Shown here one piece after another: positions 19,122 through 41,416 of a DNA stretch of 64,000 bases. The stretch spans positions 18,152,783 through 18,216,782 of the forward strand of contig CAVNZM010000001.1 in the NCBI GenBank assembly GCA_963693365.1, given 5' to 3'. The notes under the pieces were generated by a model. It was not told the origin of the DNA. It did not search any database and saw nothing but the letters and a program-made list of their open reading frames with translations. The DNA is from Amoebidium appalachense. Its lineage: Eukaryota; Protista; Ichthyosporea. Each line of letters opens with the position of its first letter. Within the stretch, counting starts at the first letter, position 1. Made by a program: the position numbers and the translations under genes.

Positions 19122-20045
19122 ATGCAGTCCCTCGCAGGAGCTGCTCCAGTTAGCAGTACCGCTCGTCCCACTTTCCGTGGGTTTAACATTTCTCAGTATG
19201 ATCTCCCAGGATCCAAAACATCCTGCACAGCCATAGCTGTAGTAGCAGCGAGGAAATACCTACAGGCAGACGGGCAGATAAACTCGTGTATGCTCACACA
19301 CGACCAGGTCATGGAAATACTAGCTCAGGGGGTGGTGTGGCACAGCCGCTGGCTCGTTGCAGGCGAAGGTAGCCGCGTGCCCTCCGGTGTTAAGTTGGAC
19401 CAGAATAGCTCTGTCGACGAGCCCCCAGCTGATGTAACATACAGTATGGCTACAGCTGACGAGGTTTGTGCCCTTCCCGGTGTGCCTATGGAGGTCACGG
19501 ACACCTGTTACGCCGGATACCTTACGGCCGGCTGCTCGTTTGGCAAAACACTTGAACAGTCGATACGCGAGATTTTCTCTAAGGGAAGGTACAACCAGGG
19601 CCCCCAAGCCTTTGTGCTCACCACCAAGGGATACAGTACTATGATTGGTAGGCGCGGTGGTGCGGCCGTTGTTTTCGACAGCCACCGGCGGTCTCCTAAG
19701 GATGGTCTGGCCGTCAGGAAAACCCAACAGGGCGGCGCCGTAGTGGTCAGCTGCCCCAACGCAGACGTTCTTATTTCCTACCTGAAGACTTTGTATGCCT
19801 CACGCAACGGCACTGCCATGTATACCCTCCAGGAGGTTGCACTCGACAAAGACTCTCTCAGCCAAGCGTCGACACCGAGCAGCCCGGAACTCTCTTCCCT
19901 TCGCGAGAGCCTCATGTCCAAGACACAACAACTTCGCGACACGTTCGAGAGAACTATTCGCTGGCCTCTGTTTGGGTCCGACTCCTCCCCGGCCTCACCG
20001 GATGTGTCACGGCGGATAGGCGCTGCCGTCAGAATAGCCGTATAG
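19122..20045 (+). CDS. Intronless 307-aa herpesvirus-tegument-like cysteine protease (VTD / peptidase C76-like deubiquitinase candidate)
   Basis: N-terminal ISQ(25)YDLPGSKTSC(35)TAIA followed by the beta-rich FVLTTKGYSTMIG...VVFD(186)SH(188). The Gln...Cys plus D-x-H layout is typical of herpes tegument DUBs and cellular VTD relatives. S/P-rich C-terminal tail. Confidence 0.7.
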   Translation: MQSLAGAAPVSSTARPTFRGFNISQYDLPGSKTSCTAIAVVAARKYLQADGQINSCMLTHDQVMEILAQGVVWHSRWLVAGEGSRVPSGVKLDQNSSVDEPPADVTYSMATADEVCALPGVPMEVTDTCYAGYLTAGCSFGKTLEQSIREIFSKGRYNQGPQAFVLTTKGYSTMIGRRGGAAVVFDSHRRSPKDGLAVRKTQQGGAVVVSCPNADVLISYLKTLYASRNGTAMYTLQEVALDKDSLSQASTPSSPELSSLRESLMSKTQQLRDTFERTIRWPLFGSDSSPASPDVSRRIGAAVRIAV

Positions 20046-22096
20046 GTATCAGGGGTGAAAAAAAGAGTGCCGAAAAGTGTATGCAGGCACTAGCCGAAAA
20101 TGGCCTTTTAAGTTTTTTAATGAAGAAATGCATGAATGTTTTGAACGGTTTAACAAACTATAAAACTACCAGCTGGCCTGGCTAAAACCAAAGCATATGG
20201 CCCGCACGTTCCTCACGCTCCAACCAATCCAAGAGCTCGGTGACACACCTTGCCCCCACTGCTGAACCGTTTCCGTAGGACCGAACTCCTGCCACACAAC
20301 GGCCAACTGCACGAGCCACGTAAAATATGGCCTTTCGTGCAGTTTCCGAGACCAATATGAACGGACCACTCAAGAATACTACCTGATTTCATCGGGGCGT
20401 GCTAAAACGCTCTCGTTCAACTGGTACTACTAGTACTGCTGAAGCTTGTTATATCAGGCCACTCGAAAATTGTGATTGCTTTCCATAAGTACCTTGCTTT
20501 CGAACACTTTGCAGATCTGACCTCTACTAGAGGTCTGTCCGGTGCCCCCCCCCCCCCCCCCCCCCCCCCCCTTCCCTCCCCTCCCCTCCCCCCCCCCCCC
20601 TCCCCTCCCTCCCCTCCCCTCCCCCTCCCCCTTTCTTCCTCCCCCCCCCCCCCCCCCCCCCCCCACATCCCACTACTCTTCAAGCCGTATCTGGCACATG
20701 AGCACTAATTGCTCAAAACACGCCTTTTCCCAGCTGCAGCAATGCCACATTTCCCCCCCCCCTTCCCCATCCTCCTCCCAATCCCCCCTCCCCCCCCCCC
20801 CCCCTTCCCCCCCGCCCCCCCCTTCTTGCATTCCTCTGTAGCTCTCGAACAATTTTGCACATTATCATGATTTGTCTTCTTACCTACAGAAGCCTGCGGG
20901 CCCCTCGGGACCCCCCCCCCCCCTCCCCTCTAGCTCCTTCCAGGAGGGGCTGCCTCCAAATCTCCCCCTAGTGCAAAAAAAAAAAAAACATCTTTCGCTG
21001 AGCCCGGCGCGTCTGCCACGAATCCATATCTCTGAAAGAAGCATAAGTGACAGGCAGAATTCGTATTTAGAACGTTTATTCACGAGTGCGAAGCATGTCC
21101 TTATCATGGTTGTGCTTATGTACTGTACTCACTGTTGTTAGTGACCAAAAGAAAGTCAATGTACAACTGATATGCATACATTATTCATGGAAAATGGTTA
21201 AAAAAACCCCTGCTCTCTCAGCCGTGGAACCACTGTGTAAGTTCTTCAAGCAACACCTTACCATAAGTTACCTTGTGATCTGCAGGGCTTCACAAAGAAC
21301 GCCCCTTTACGTCCCCAAAGCACTCCGAGTCGTGGAGCCTGTCCTCAGCCTGCCGGAACATATCGGCCGCCACTACACAGAAACCTCGTGAGCATAGCTG
21401 TCACCTACTGAGGTGACTCGTATTTTTCCTTACACACACAACGAATACTGGACTCTCGGGACCGCAGAGCCGCCGCGAGAGAAAGCATGCACGCGGTCGC
21501 GAGAGTGTAAGGAAAAATAGATGGGTGTGAGGCGAACGGCAAGTTCATAGCAGCCCAGGCACAGTCAGTACGTGCCAGTGAGCATAGTATCGGCCTGCAC
21601 ATTACGTGCCTAGTGCATAGAATCATTGTACCTTAGCGGCCACGGAAAAAACTAAGTGGTGTTCTCATCCCAACCTCAATATCTGTCTTATATGTATGCT
21701 GCTTCCAGCAGCTGTCACCAAGTTTAGCGAAAAGGAATTTCCGTCGCCCACCGTTGCCGGATTCACAACCAGCTTACACAACCTCTTTCTACAGTTTCAG
21801 TGCATATATACAGTCTCTTGATGAGAGTTCTTGGAGAGGCTGGAAAGGTATCAAGACCTATAACGAGGTTTTCAATAGATAAAAGATATAGCTGCTATAG
21901 TGCACGTGTGGCGGAAGACCAGTTGCCAGGACCAGATCCAGATCTGAGGGACTTAAGGGTTGCTGTTGTGGAGAACCCACAAACAGGAAGAGTTGGTTGT
22001 ATTTCCTGGGATCTGCTTCTACATTATTCGTTTCCTCGTTCTGGGCCGATTGGCAGCACAGTGCTAGATCCATCCTTTACCTTTTCCAAATTCAAC

Positions 22097-31349
<9,253 letters not shown>

Positions 31350-31700
31350 GGAAGAGAACTGAAATGCGATATAGTGTAGCGGGGATGTCATTCCGAAATT
31401 TGCACCCTTTGCATTTATTTGTGCACTTACAATTTTAGTTGCTCAGATATAATTGGGCGTCGGCTCCTTTTTTTGCGTTTTATGCGGAATCGGCATGATC
31501 ATGGACAAGCCTTCGCTATCCGCAACAGCCGAAACCTAGTCTGTTTAAACCCAAGAGAAACTATTGATGTCTGAAGGACCAAGTTACCGTCTGCTTGGAT
31601 GAATATAGCTGCAAGAAATTTCAAGCAAACATTTCCCCCCACCATCCCCCCATGGTCACACACACACACACACGCACGCACACACGCACACACGCACACA

Positions 31701-31796
<96 letters not shown>

Positions 31797-32977
31797 CACA
31801 CACACACATTCATTATTATTGTGTTGTCTCAGCTCACACAATATTTAATATATTTGAAATGACCGTGTTGCAACAGACGCTCGCCCAACCCGGTTACTAA
31901 CTTTGAACTCGATACCTTCTCGGTCTGCTGATGACTTCCCTTCTTCTTTTACTTTTCCCTTTCCCTCTCTCCGTTCCCCTCACGTCCTGACTGTGCCAAA
32001 TTATTGCCATATCATGTTAATTAATGTTCAGTCGCTTGCCGTTTCGTGCTGCGTTTAAATTTGCTGCTACTACTGTACGCAAAAGGTCCATCAGGTCATT
32101 AATGCCAAGGTCCCTGAAGAGTATGAGCGTTTAGGCGTGAGAGGTAGCTTATACTCAGAAAATTTCACGTGGAAAAAGCTAATTATCATGATTATCATGT
32201 AGCTACATCGTGTCACGTGGGCCTCTGAAGTTCTAGCCCTACGTAGGTTAATATGTGATATGTCCAGGAAGCCCCACGATTGTCCCGTACTTTTGGAGCT
32301 ATTATCTTCCACCAGCGCTGGTGGCTCTATTTAGAACACCATGATACTTTGCCCTCATTTCATCCATATGTATCCTTATTGGTTACACAGCGCGGTCTGC
32401 CCGGAGGGCACCTGGATCATCATTCATCAGAGATTTGTAATTGCACACCCTGGACGAGCTGATAACGGTTGCTGCGATGCATGATCCTGGAAGCCAATCA
32501 GAGCCGCCCTCTGTCAATTGCAAAGCACGTGCATTGCCAACTTGCCTGCTCCGCCAAATCCCAAATTGCAGTCTTATTTGCACTCCAGTATTCCCTTCTT
32601 GTTATTATAAACATTTATTTTCATTTATTTATTTTTCACCATTTTTACACTAGCCTGCACACGAGGAGCCTGTCGAGGAGTGACTCACGAGCCAGTGAAT
32701 TCCAGATCGCATTCCTGCATGGGATCTGCGCCGCACTGATTGGCCAGCCAAATTTACCTTCATTTAGAATTATGATCCAGCTGATAAGAATGCAGCTTAT
32801 CAGGTCTAAGTTACAAACGAGCATAAAGCACTGTGTCATTCACAGTGTAAACAGAGTAAACAGGCGAAACTGAGAACCCCATGTGCCTGCTGTATTCACT
32901 GCCCTCGAGGAAACGGCCTATCGTATGGCTTTGTAAACCCACAACGATAACCGAAGCTCCTGCCTGCTTCCAAAAAC

Positions 32978-34828
32978 ATGGACACGAAAAAGGGAACGCC
33001 ACCTATGGCGTCTGCAGCTGCAGCCATCAACACAGACTCCATCAACGCTCCACCAGTCGACTCGAGCGTTTCACACAACGAAAGTCAGCAGGAAGCCATT
33101 CCCTGCCCCGTCATTTCCAACTACATTTCCACCTTCGACGGTAAAGCCTGGCCCGAAAAACTGCAGCAAGAAACAGCCAAGGATGCACGGAAACAACACG
33201 TTGCATACACCGTAGTGTCCATTTTCACCGTTTTCCTGTGCACCACATTCCTCTGGCTACCGTGGATTTCACGCACGGCGCTCCTTGCAACGCTCATTCT
33301 CGCTGCCCTGCAGACGTTGGTCCATTTGGTCCTACCCTCGTGGTACTTCATAGTGAGATTTGCACTTTTGGGCCTGAAATTGTGTGATTTTTCCCAGTTT
33401 CAATGCAGTTTTCACGAGGAAAAGAGCACCGATCGTGAGGAGAAGAATGGTGAAGCTATTGTGGACCTGAGTGCTGTGCTCAAGCCACCCACCACGAATC
33501 ACCTCGTTGTAATCCCCATCCACAGGGAGCCCATCGACACACTTCTTTCCAACATCCGCTCAATAGCCCTGCGGCAAAAATCACCCACCACAAAGCTCGT
33601 AGTATGGCTCGCCCTAGAGGAAAAGAGTGCAATTCGTGAAGACGTCGGCCCCGTTAATGAGGTTGTTGGTAAGCAAATAGCAGAGTGGGTGGGTGAGGAT
33701 GCACCAGAATTCATTGGGTTTGGCTACAGCATTCATCCTTTCCGTCTCCCTGGTGAGCAACCCGGTCTAGCGTCGAACCTCGCATGGGCACTACCACGTG
33801 CAGTGAACTATGCGGTAAACGAACTGAAAATCCCCGTGGAGTCACTCGTTATCACCAAGGCAGACACAGACAGTCTCCTCCACCGTTTCTTCTTTGAGCA
33901 TCTCTCGCAAGAACTGCGTGCACTTTCACAGGAGCAACGTCTTTGCACATTTTGGCAACCGGTCATTGCATTCAACGCCGAAAATTGGCCCCAACTGACG
34001 ATAGTAAACCAGAACCTCGCCATCCCTCGCTCTGTGATTACCTCCAGTCTTCTTTGCGGGTTTGACATGTACACGGTGTCTGTTTATTCCTACCCAGCGC
34101 AGATTCTAATCGAGTCTATGGAGCGTGCGATTGCCTCGCAAGATCCACGCAAGTTCTTGTACCACTCGGCACACGTAGGCGAGGATGCCCATGCGTTTTT
34201 GACAGCATTTATCCAGTCGGGGGGGAAGGCGTGCATCCGGCCAGCCATGGTGGTAGTGAACAGCTGTGTGGAGGGGGTGGCCAAGGACGGGGGCAGTGTG
34301 GCTGCGGCTGAGCGGGCTGCCTTGTGGGCACAGGCCCGTCGCTGGTACATGCAGGTATGGGCCGTTCTCAAAGTTTGTTGGCTGTTTGGTGTAGTTCGCC
34401 ACTAAGGGGCGCTGGCCATGGTGATTCCTGGGCAGGGGAAGGGTAAATTTTGGATGATGGGGTGAGACGGGAAAAGGGGGGGAGGGGGAGGTGGTGGGGA
34501 GAGAGGGGGCTGAGGACGGGGGAGAGGGGGGGGGGGGGGGGGGGAGGTTGTGCTTATTAGATGGCTCTGCAAGCACTATGCTGCAACACGATGCCTCATC
34601 AAATATACCTCCCCCCCCCCCTCCCCCTTCCTCTCTTGGCTCGTTCGGGAACACAAAATGAAGTAGTAGTAATACTTATGAACCAATGGCCAACTGACAC
34701 CTTCCCCCTTACTTTTCCCCAGAGCTTGGACTCTCTCTTTCTCAACACAATATCATCTCGTTCTCTCCATCCCTCTCTCTTAAAGTTTCTCTCCTCTCCT
34801 CCCCCCCTCCTCTAGCCCTTGCTTGCTT

Positions 34829-34888
<60 letters not shown>

Positions 34889-35470
34889 CTCCTTCCCTGT
34901 CTCCCCCCCCCCTCTCTCTCTTAATCTCTTTCACCCCCCCTCCCCCTCTTTCTTTTGCTCGTACCGATTAATCTAGGGTTCACCTGTAGAGCCCTCCCTC
35001 CCCCCCCCACTCTCCCCCTTCCCTACCTGCTAGCTCTCCCTGATATTTTCTGGCTCGCGCAAGCCTAAACCTGTCCTTCTTGGTTCAGCTCCCCACCCCC
35101 TCCCCCCCCTCCCCCCCCCCCCCCCCCAAAGGCTTTTGTTACCCCATTCCTCCCCTTCTCCCCCCCCCCCCCCCCCTCCCCTCTCCACCAGATAAAAACT
35201 CCCTTTTACCGACTCCTTGGTCCCATTCTCTCTCTTTCCCTCCCCCCCCCCCCCCCCCCCCCCCCCTTTCCTTCTCCCCCTCTCGCTCCCCCCTCCCCCC
35301 CTCCACCCCCATCTTCCTCCCACGTTTTGACCGAACACGCACTCACACATATACTCTATCCAATTGATATGCCTAGCGAAATGTACATTAGTGTGTCCGT
35401 CATGCACACACTGACAAAATGACATTTGGGGCGCCCACGAACACACACACACACACAGACACACATACTG

Positions 35471-35532
<62 letters not shown>

Positions 35533-36051
35533 GCACGCACACAGGTGCACCAAGAGTGCGGCTTCCTCATAGCCAACAGCATCAGCAACCCCCAGGGCCC
35601 CATCTACGCTCTGCGTGTCCTTCTATGGGTGGCCCTGTACGTGCAGCAAAACCTCATGACTGGTTTCATCCAAATTACTGCCACCTTCGCCCCTCTTTAC
35701 GGCTGGCTGGTGGGGTTGTACTATTGGAACGATGACTTCTCATCCGAGTCTAGTCTCAAGTGGGTGTACACCTATTGGATGTGGATATGTATCGGCATGA
35801 CAATCATGGCGTTTGCAATGATGGGCGCGGCACGTGTGTGCGGGCTTTTGGTGTGGGACAGGTTGGTGTGTAAGGAGGGTGCAATGGGTAAAGGTCTACC
35901 GTATGTGAGGTGTGTGTCGGGTTCTTGGGGCGCGGTGTGTGCATTTTTGGGGGTTCCCTTTACGATGGTGGGTATGGTGTTTCAGTCGTTTGCTTCCATC
36001 TCTGGGATGGTTTCGGTGGTTGTGCACGGGAATGCAGCTGTAACGCATTGA
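32978..36051 (+). CDS. Multi-pass membrane GT2-like (processive-type) glycosyltransferase (~627 aa), 2 exons: 32978-34354, 35545-36051
   Basis: N-terminal TM helices; HLVVIPIHREP, LALEE, HPxxLPGE..G.xSNLAWA, DxD (KADTD), WQP, GED and QARRW (QxxRW) motifs; C-terminal TM helices in exon 2. Phase-0 intron CAG|GTATGG...CACAG|GTG. Confidence 0.8.
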
Positions 36052-36474
36052 TCATATAGCTCGGTCCCATGACTAAACATATATACGGGTGTGTGTTGAG
36101 TGTGAAAGAGTAATTAATTCGATGCCTAATATGTACATATTCAATACTGTGTGAGTTACCATATACAGTGTGTAAGGTTTGATACCCCAAGGAGTACGGT
36201 CCGTTATTGAGAACTGATTTAATTTCTGCGAATGCTGTTGTACAGTGTTCACGGGTGTATTGCTTGCCAACCATATGCGTGATGAAGTAACTGAGTGATG
36301 TTTGCAATGTGCTCCTTCTATTCATTTCTGTCTTCTTTCCCCCTCACACCCCGCACCCCCCCCCTTAGCTAATAATACCGGAACACCCTCGCTAGAGTAT
36401 GTCGGTGCTGGGTGGAAGACGGTAGTTCCCCCTGAGGGCCCAAGAGGTCCCTCCGGGAACAAAACGGGATAAAA

Positions 36475-36513
<39 letters not shown>

Positions 36514-36718
36514 GAGACTAGAAACTCAGTTATTGTCTCCATGCACTACGAATCCCACTGGACGTTTCTGGACTGTGATATTGTTTTCTTCTTTACTCAA
36601 CGGTGCTCACTTTAAATTTTCTTTTAACCTCCCCCCTCCCCCCACCCACCACCACCACCACTGCCGCCGCCTTTTAAACGCTTCCTTCTCCCCCTCCTGC
36701 CACCACAACACACCACAC

Positions 36719-36848
<130 letters not shown>

Positions 36849-37797
36849 AGTGCACTGAAAGTTTTCCTTATCTTCAGGCTTGTTGTACAGTCACCATCAC
36901 AGTTTCTGTTTCTTAGGCGCACACGCACAAGTCATTTCCTCCTTCGCCCCATATATATATATATTCGTTTTTATAAGAGGAGAATGGAGACGATGCCCTC
37001 CATGTTTCGGCTTGTGTTGATTTTGAGAGAGAAAGAGGGGGGGGGGGGGGGGGGGGGGGGAAGAGAGAGATGAGAGAGGGGGGGGGGGGGGGGGATCGAG
37101 AGAGAAGGAATGGACCCAGCTCAGAGCTGGCCGGAGCTTCCAGACTGACGCATACATGGTAAACTTTGCGAGATTACACATCACAATAAAACCGTGCGCA
37201 TTGTGACACGCACACAGATTTTTGCAGCATCAGGCCAGTACACACACTCGCAGCGTCCCTGCCAATGCAGAAACGAAGCCTTGAAGGCTCAACGAACCAA
37301 GGCCCAAAAGCTGCAAGGCCTGAAAAATGACCGGGCAAAAATCAAGGCCTCCTAATCTCCCTTGGCAAAAATCGATTAGGAATGACAGAGGTGTCGGGAA
37401 AACAGCTCTAATTGGCTTGCTGATGCAGAGCAGTTGTGATTGGTTGCTCGCACTAGCGGCTTTAGATCTTAGTGAGGGGCTTTGATTGGTCGAAGTGACA
37501 TTCCATCCTAGCCTGAACACCAGGGCTCGCCTTGGCAAGGTTTTGCAGCAGTGCAGATCTCGGGAAGTTGTATCCTTTCAGGTCAGTGTTCCGCTTAAAA
37601 ATAATAATATAACCTTTCATTAAGATAGAATGAAACTATTAAGCAGTTATATGACACCATTTGTTTATAGATCGTGCATTCTAACCCTGAATAGACATGC
37701 ACATTGTCAACCAAAGCGGCCAATGCCAAAGGTAGATCTACGTAACTTGAGCAGCTTGGAAACAGCCAATCATAATCATTTTGCCATCCGTGCCGTC

Positions 37798-37805
37798 TAT
37801 ATAAA
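37798..37805 (+). promoter_or_regulatory. TATA box upstream of the GH114 gene
   Basis: TATATAAA about 150 nt upstream of ATG 37952. Confidence 0.4.
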
Positions 37806-37951
37806 TGAACACCTTGCGCCTCATTCTCCTCAGTTTTCCGTTTCACCTGTTGAACACAGAAGTCCAACAAAACAGTTCACACCCTTTTATATTTAAGCTA
37901 TATTCTATCACAGCAACGGATTTCTTTATGTGTCTTCCATAAAGACGTAAA

Positions 37952-38721
37952 ATGACACCTGCAATTTTCTATTCGCGTGTATTGCTCTCACAAGCGCACT
38001 TCCTGCACACCGACGACCCAGGAGACCAGGGGGCCTCCACTCCGGCGCTAGCCGGGCAAACCTGGCATGGGGAAACATCGACTCTGCGTCTGACGCACAT
38101 GGAAAGAATGCCGTTATTATTGACCTCGACAAAAGCAACGGGAACCCAGGCTCGTTCTCTGGCTCCACGGTTGTGTGCTACATGACTGCAGGCACCGTTG
38201 AGAGCTGGCGGTCTGATTCGTCCAGCTTCAAACCCTACACCAGCGAGAAGTCAAAGTATTCCGGCGAGACTTGGCTCGATGTGACCCAATGGCGTTCCTT
38301 CGCCCCACTCATGGACAAGCGCATGAAACGCATGGCTGATGCCGGCGGCTGCGACGCCATCGAAGCCGACAACGTCGACTGCTTTCTTCACCAAGGTGTT
38401 GACGGCGCATTGCAGTCACAACTCAAACAGAGCGAGACAGAGTATGCACGGTGGCTGGCCCAAACGGCACACAGCAAGGGCTTAAAGATTGGCCTCAAGA
38501 ACGCACTCGAAATCATGAAGAGCCTTGAGGGAAGCTTTGATTTTGCTATCAACGAGAGCTGCACGCGCTACAATGAATGTAGCTATTACAGCGGGTTCAA
38601 GTCGCACGGACAGGCCGTGTTTGGCGTGGAGTACTCCGATGGTTCGAGTGCTTGCAGCCAGGGTAGGAAGTATGGTATCAGCATGAAGTACAACTCGGGC
38701 AGTGGCTTCAAGGACTGTTAA
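37952..38721 (+). CDS. Intronless secreted glycoside hydrolase family 114 (endo-alpha-1,4-polygalactosaminidase, Ega3-like), with a 1-nt frameshift just after the start codon
   Basis: Motifs VVCYMTAGTVESWRSD, ETWLDV, GCDAIEADNVD, AHSKGLKIGLKN, FDFAINESC..YNEC, VFGVEY. The frame is open from 37951 but has no upstream ATG of its own. Adding one T in the T-run at ~37965-37968 joins ATG 37952 and gives the signal peptide MTPAIFLFACIALTSA|LP. Confidence 0.8.
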
Positions 38722-39406
38722 ACAACATTTGTTGGCCATGGTTGCACCAACCTTCTTGTTGGCCGGGCATTACATGAATGAACGGATAGTATTTTTTCTT
38801 ATGTGAAGCAACATGTACATAGATTCTGAAGTTCTCTACTCGCCGGTTGCGAGATAAGAACGCTTTCTCATGAGCAGTTATGTGCTGCTGGAATGGTATG
38901 ATGCCATTCAGGCGCTAATTTTGGCAACGGGCTTTAATACAACACAAAACAACTGTAAGTCTTAGGAAATCTTAACCCATGACATTGTGCTATTGTATGG
39001 CGTTTTTGGGAATCGACCCTTTTTTCTTTGCTAGTTTTTGATAATAGCTACTAACAATCATGTCTGTTGTTGATATACATAAATGATGGTATCGCGCTGG
39101 ATGCTGCCACAAACACAAAAACAATTCAAAATAACAGAATAATCTGCAAAGAAGTGCATGTGGAGTTTTATGACTGTCTCCGTACTTGAAGGTCTCAAAT
39201 ATCCATAAATTGTTGGCCCCTTCTATGCCTCCCGAAAGTAACATTTGTACCATCCAGCGGGCCAAAGATAAGGAACAAATTTACCTTACATTGATCAATT
39301 GAACAATGATTAGTGGCCACCCTTGGTTTTTGAATTTTTTTCCAAACCCTGGAACCCGCCCGCGCTAAACAGGTATGCGCGCACGCGCGCATGCAGGCAT
39401 GTGTGT

Positions 39407-39445
<39 letters not shown>

Positions 39446-39449
39446 CACG

Positions 39450-39498
<49 letters not shown>

Positions 39499-39666
39499 GC
39501 ACACACAAATGCACACACGCACGGACGCACACACACACGCATACACGCACGCACGCGCGCACACACTCACCCACGCACACACGCACGTGCCCGCACACAC
39601 ATTAACACACACCGTGAAACACGCACGTGTGTGCGTGCGTGAACACACACGCACACGCACACGCAC

Positions 39667-39777
<111 letters not shown>

Positions 39778-39913
39778 CACACTACACACACACATACAAG
39801 TGCACACACACACACACACGTGCACACACACACACACACACACACACGTGCACACACATACACGCATGTGCGCGCACCCGCACAGTCACACCCGAATAAG
39901 ACCCCAGCCACAT

Positions 39914-40363
39914 CGGCAGAGTTACTTTATTTTGCAAAAAGCAGAATTATCAAGCAGAATTATTCAGCAAAAGCAGAATTATTCTGCAAAAGCGAAATTC
40001 TTTTGCTAAAGCAGAATTATTCTGCAAACAGTCGGATTATTCTGCTAAAAGCAGAATTGTTCTGGTAGAAGCAGAGTTATTCTGCTTGAAGCAAGTTTAT
40101 CCTGCTGCCGGGAGCAGAATTCCTCTTTTTGCGGAATAGACCTGCGAACAGCAGAATAATTCTGCCGTTTCCAGAGTGTTTCTGCTTCTGCAGAATATTC
40201 TGGTTCTAGCAGAATAATTCTGCTTTTGCAGGTGAATTCTTCATCTAGCAGAATAATTCTGCTCTTGCAAATTAATTCTGCTTTTAGCGAGATAATTCTA
40301 CTTTTGCAGAATAACTCTGCTTTTAGCAGAATAATTCTGCTTTTAACAGAATAATTCTGCCCG
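39914..40363. mobile_element. Non-coding foldback/MITE-like element with two inverted arms of ~19-20-bp repeats, each repeat containing the palindrome GCAGAAT(T/A)ATTCTGC
   Basis: Left arm has ~11 units AAAAGCAGAATTATTCTGC; right arm has ~12 units GCAGAATAATTCTGCTTTT. Orientation flips at ~40110-40150. Ends are CGGCAGA...TCTGCCCG. No clear target-site duplication seen. Confidence 0.6.
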
Positions 40364-41010
40364 GATCGAGTTGACTCTTCCTATGTGGTTGGGCCCTCAA
40401 CTTGCACACTCACACACACACTCACACACAAACAAGTACCCATACGAGCATCCACACACACACACATGTCTGATATGAACACCCACGTAATTGCACAGAC
40501 ACATGGTATGTAGGCGTGCATGTTGTCCCGTACCCAGTTGTGTGCTTGCCTATGTAAGTGCGCAATATAGCTACTGGGCATGTGTATGTGTGTGCGTGCA
40601 AAGGTGCGTAAAAAAGGTGTCTGTGCATATATGTGTGTGTACATGATTGTGTGGTGCTTGTGCGTGTGTGAGTGTGTATAACACGCTGCTGATGCATGCC
40701 TGTGTGTGTGTGGGTGTGTGTGTCCATGGGTTAATTTGTGCATGCCCTGGTGGGTCACGTACGAGTATAGACAGGATCGTGGCTGTGTGTGGGTGGGTGG
40801 GTATCGTCCTGTGTGTGTGTCCGTGCATGCAACGACGAATCTTGCTCTCTCAACCCCCATCTCGCCCTACCTTCGACCCTCCCAGGCACACAGTTCTCCC
40901 TGGGGAACGAAAAGAGGTGGAGTTGGGGGTAGGTGGGTGGGTGGGTGGGTGGTGTGGGGCGGGGGCGGGGTGGGGTGGGGCTCGGGAGGGGGGGGGGGGG
41001 GGGGGGGGGG

Positions 41011-41182
41011 TAAAGGCTAACACAGAAAACGACAAAACCATAACGCAATTCAGAAAGACCTATCTCGACTCGTTATTGCGCAGCGCATAGTTTGACAAGA
41101 GCCCAAGGTTGCGCTTTGACAAATGTAGGCGATATGGGGATGGGGGGTAGGGCGGCAGGGGGGGTGGGGTGGTGGTGGTGGT

Positions 41183-41214
<32 letters not shown>

Positions 41215-41383
41215 AAAGGCTAACACAGAAAACGACAAAACCATAACGCAATTCAGAAAGACCTATCTCGACTCGTTATTGCGCAGCGCATAGTTTGACA
41301 AGAGCCCAAGGTTGCGCTTTGACAAATGTAGGCGATATGGGGATGGGGGGTAGGGCGGCGGGGGGGGTGGGGTGGTGGTGGGT

Positions 41384-41416
<33 letters not shown>

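Noticed and set aside
20519-20535. Palindrome GACCTCTA-C-TAGAGGTC as a Helitron 3' hairpin for the DUB gene
   Set aside because: No loop, no properly spaced downstream CTRR end, and no Rep/helicase remnant seen
20166-21700. Possible minus-strand gene between the DUB and FKBP6 genes
   Set aside because: Only short ORFs; the candidate exons tested contain stops in all frames; no recognisable motif
21800-22096. N-terminal extension of FKBP6 in ORF 21800..22507
   Set aside because: The region looks like promoter/5'UTR (ATTGG at ~22048), and ATG 22097 gives a sensible Shutdown-like start; not excluded but unsupported
39914-40363. CRISPR array or coding repeat (KQNYSA peptides)
   Set aside because: No unique spacers, units are degenerate and inverted halfway, and the reading frames are short
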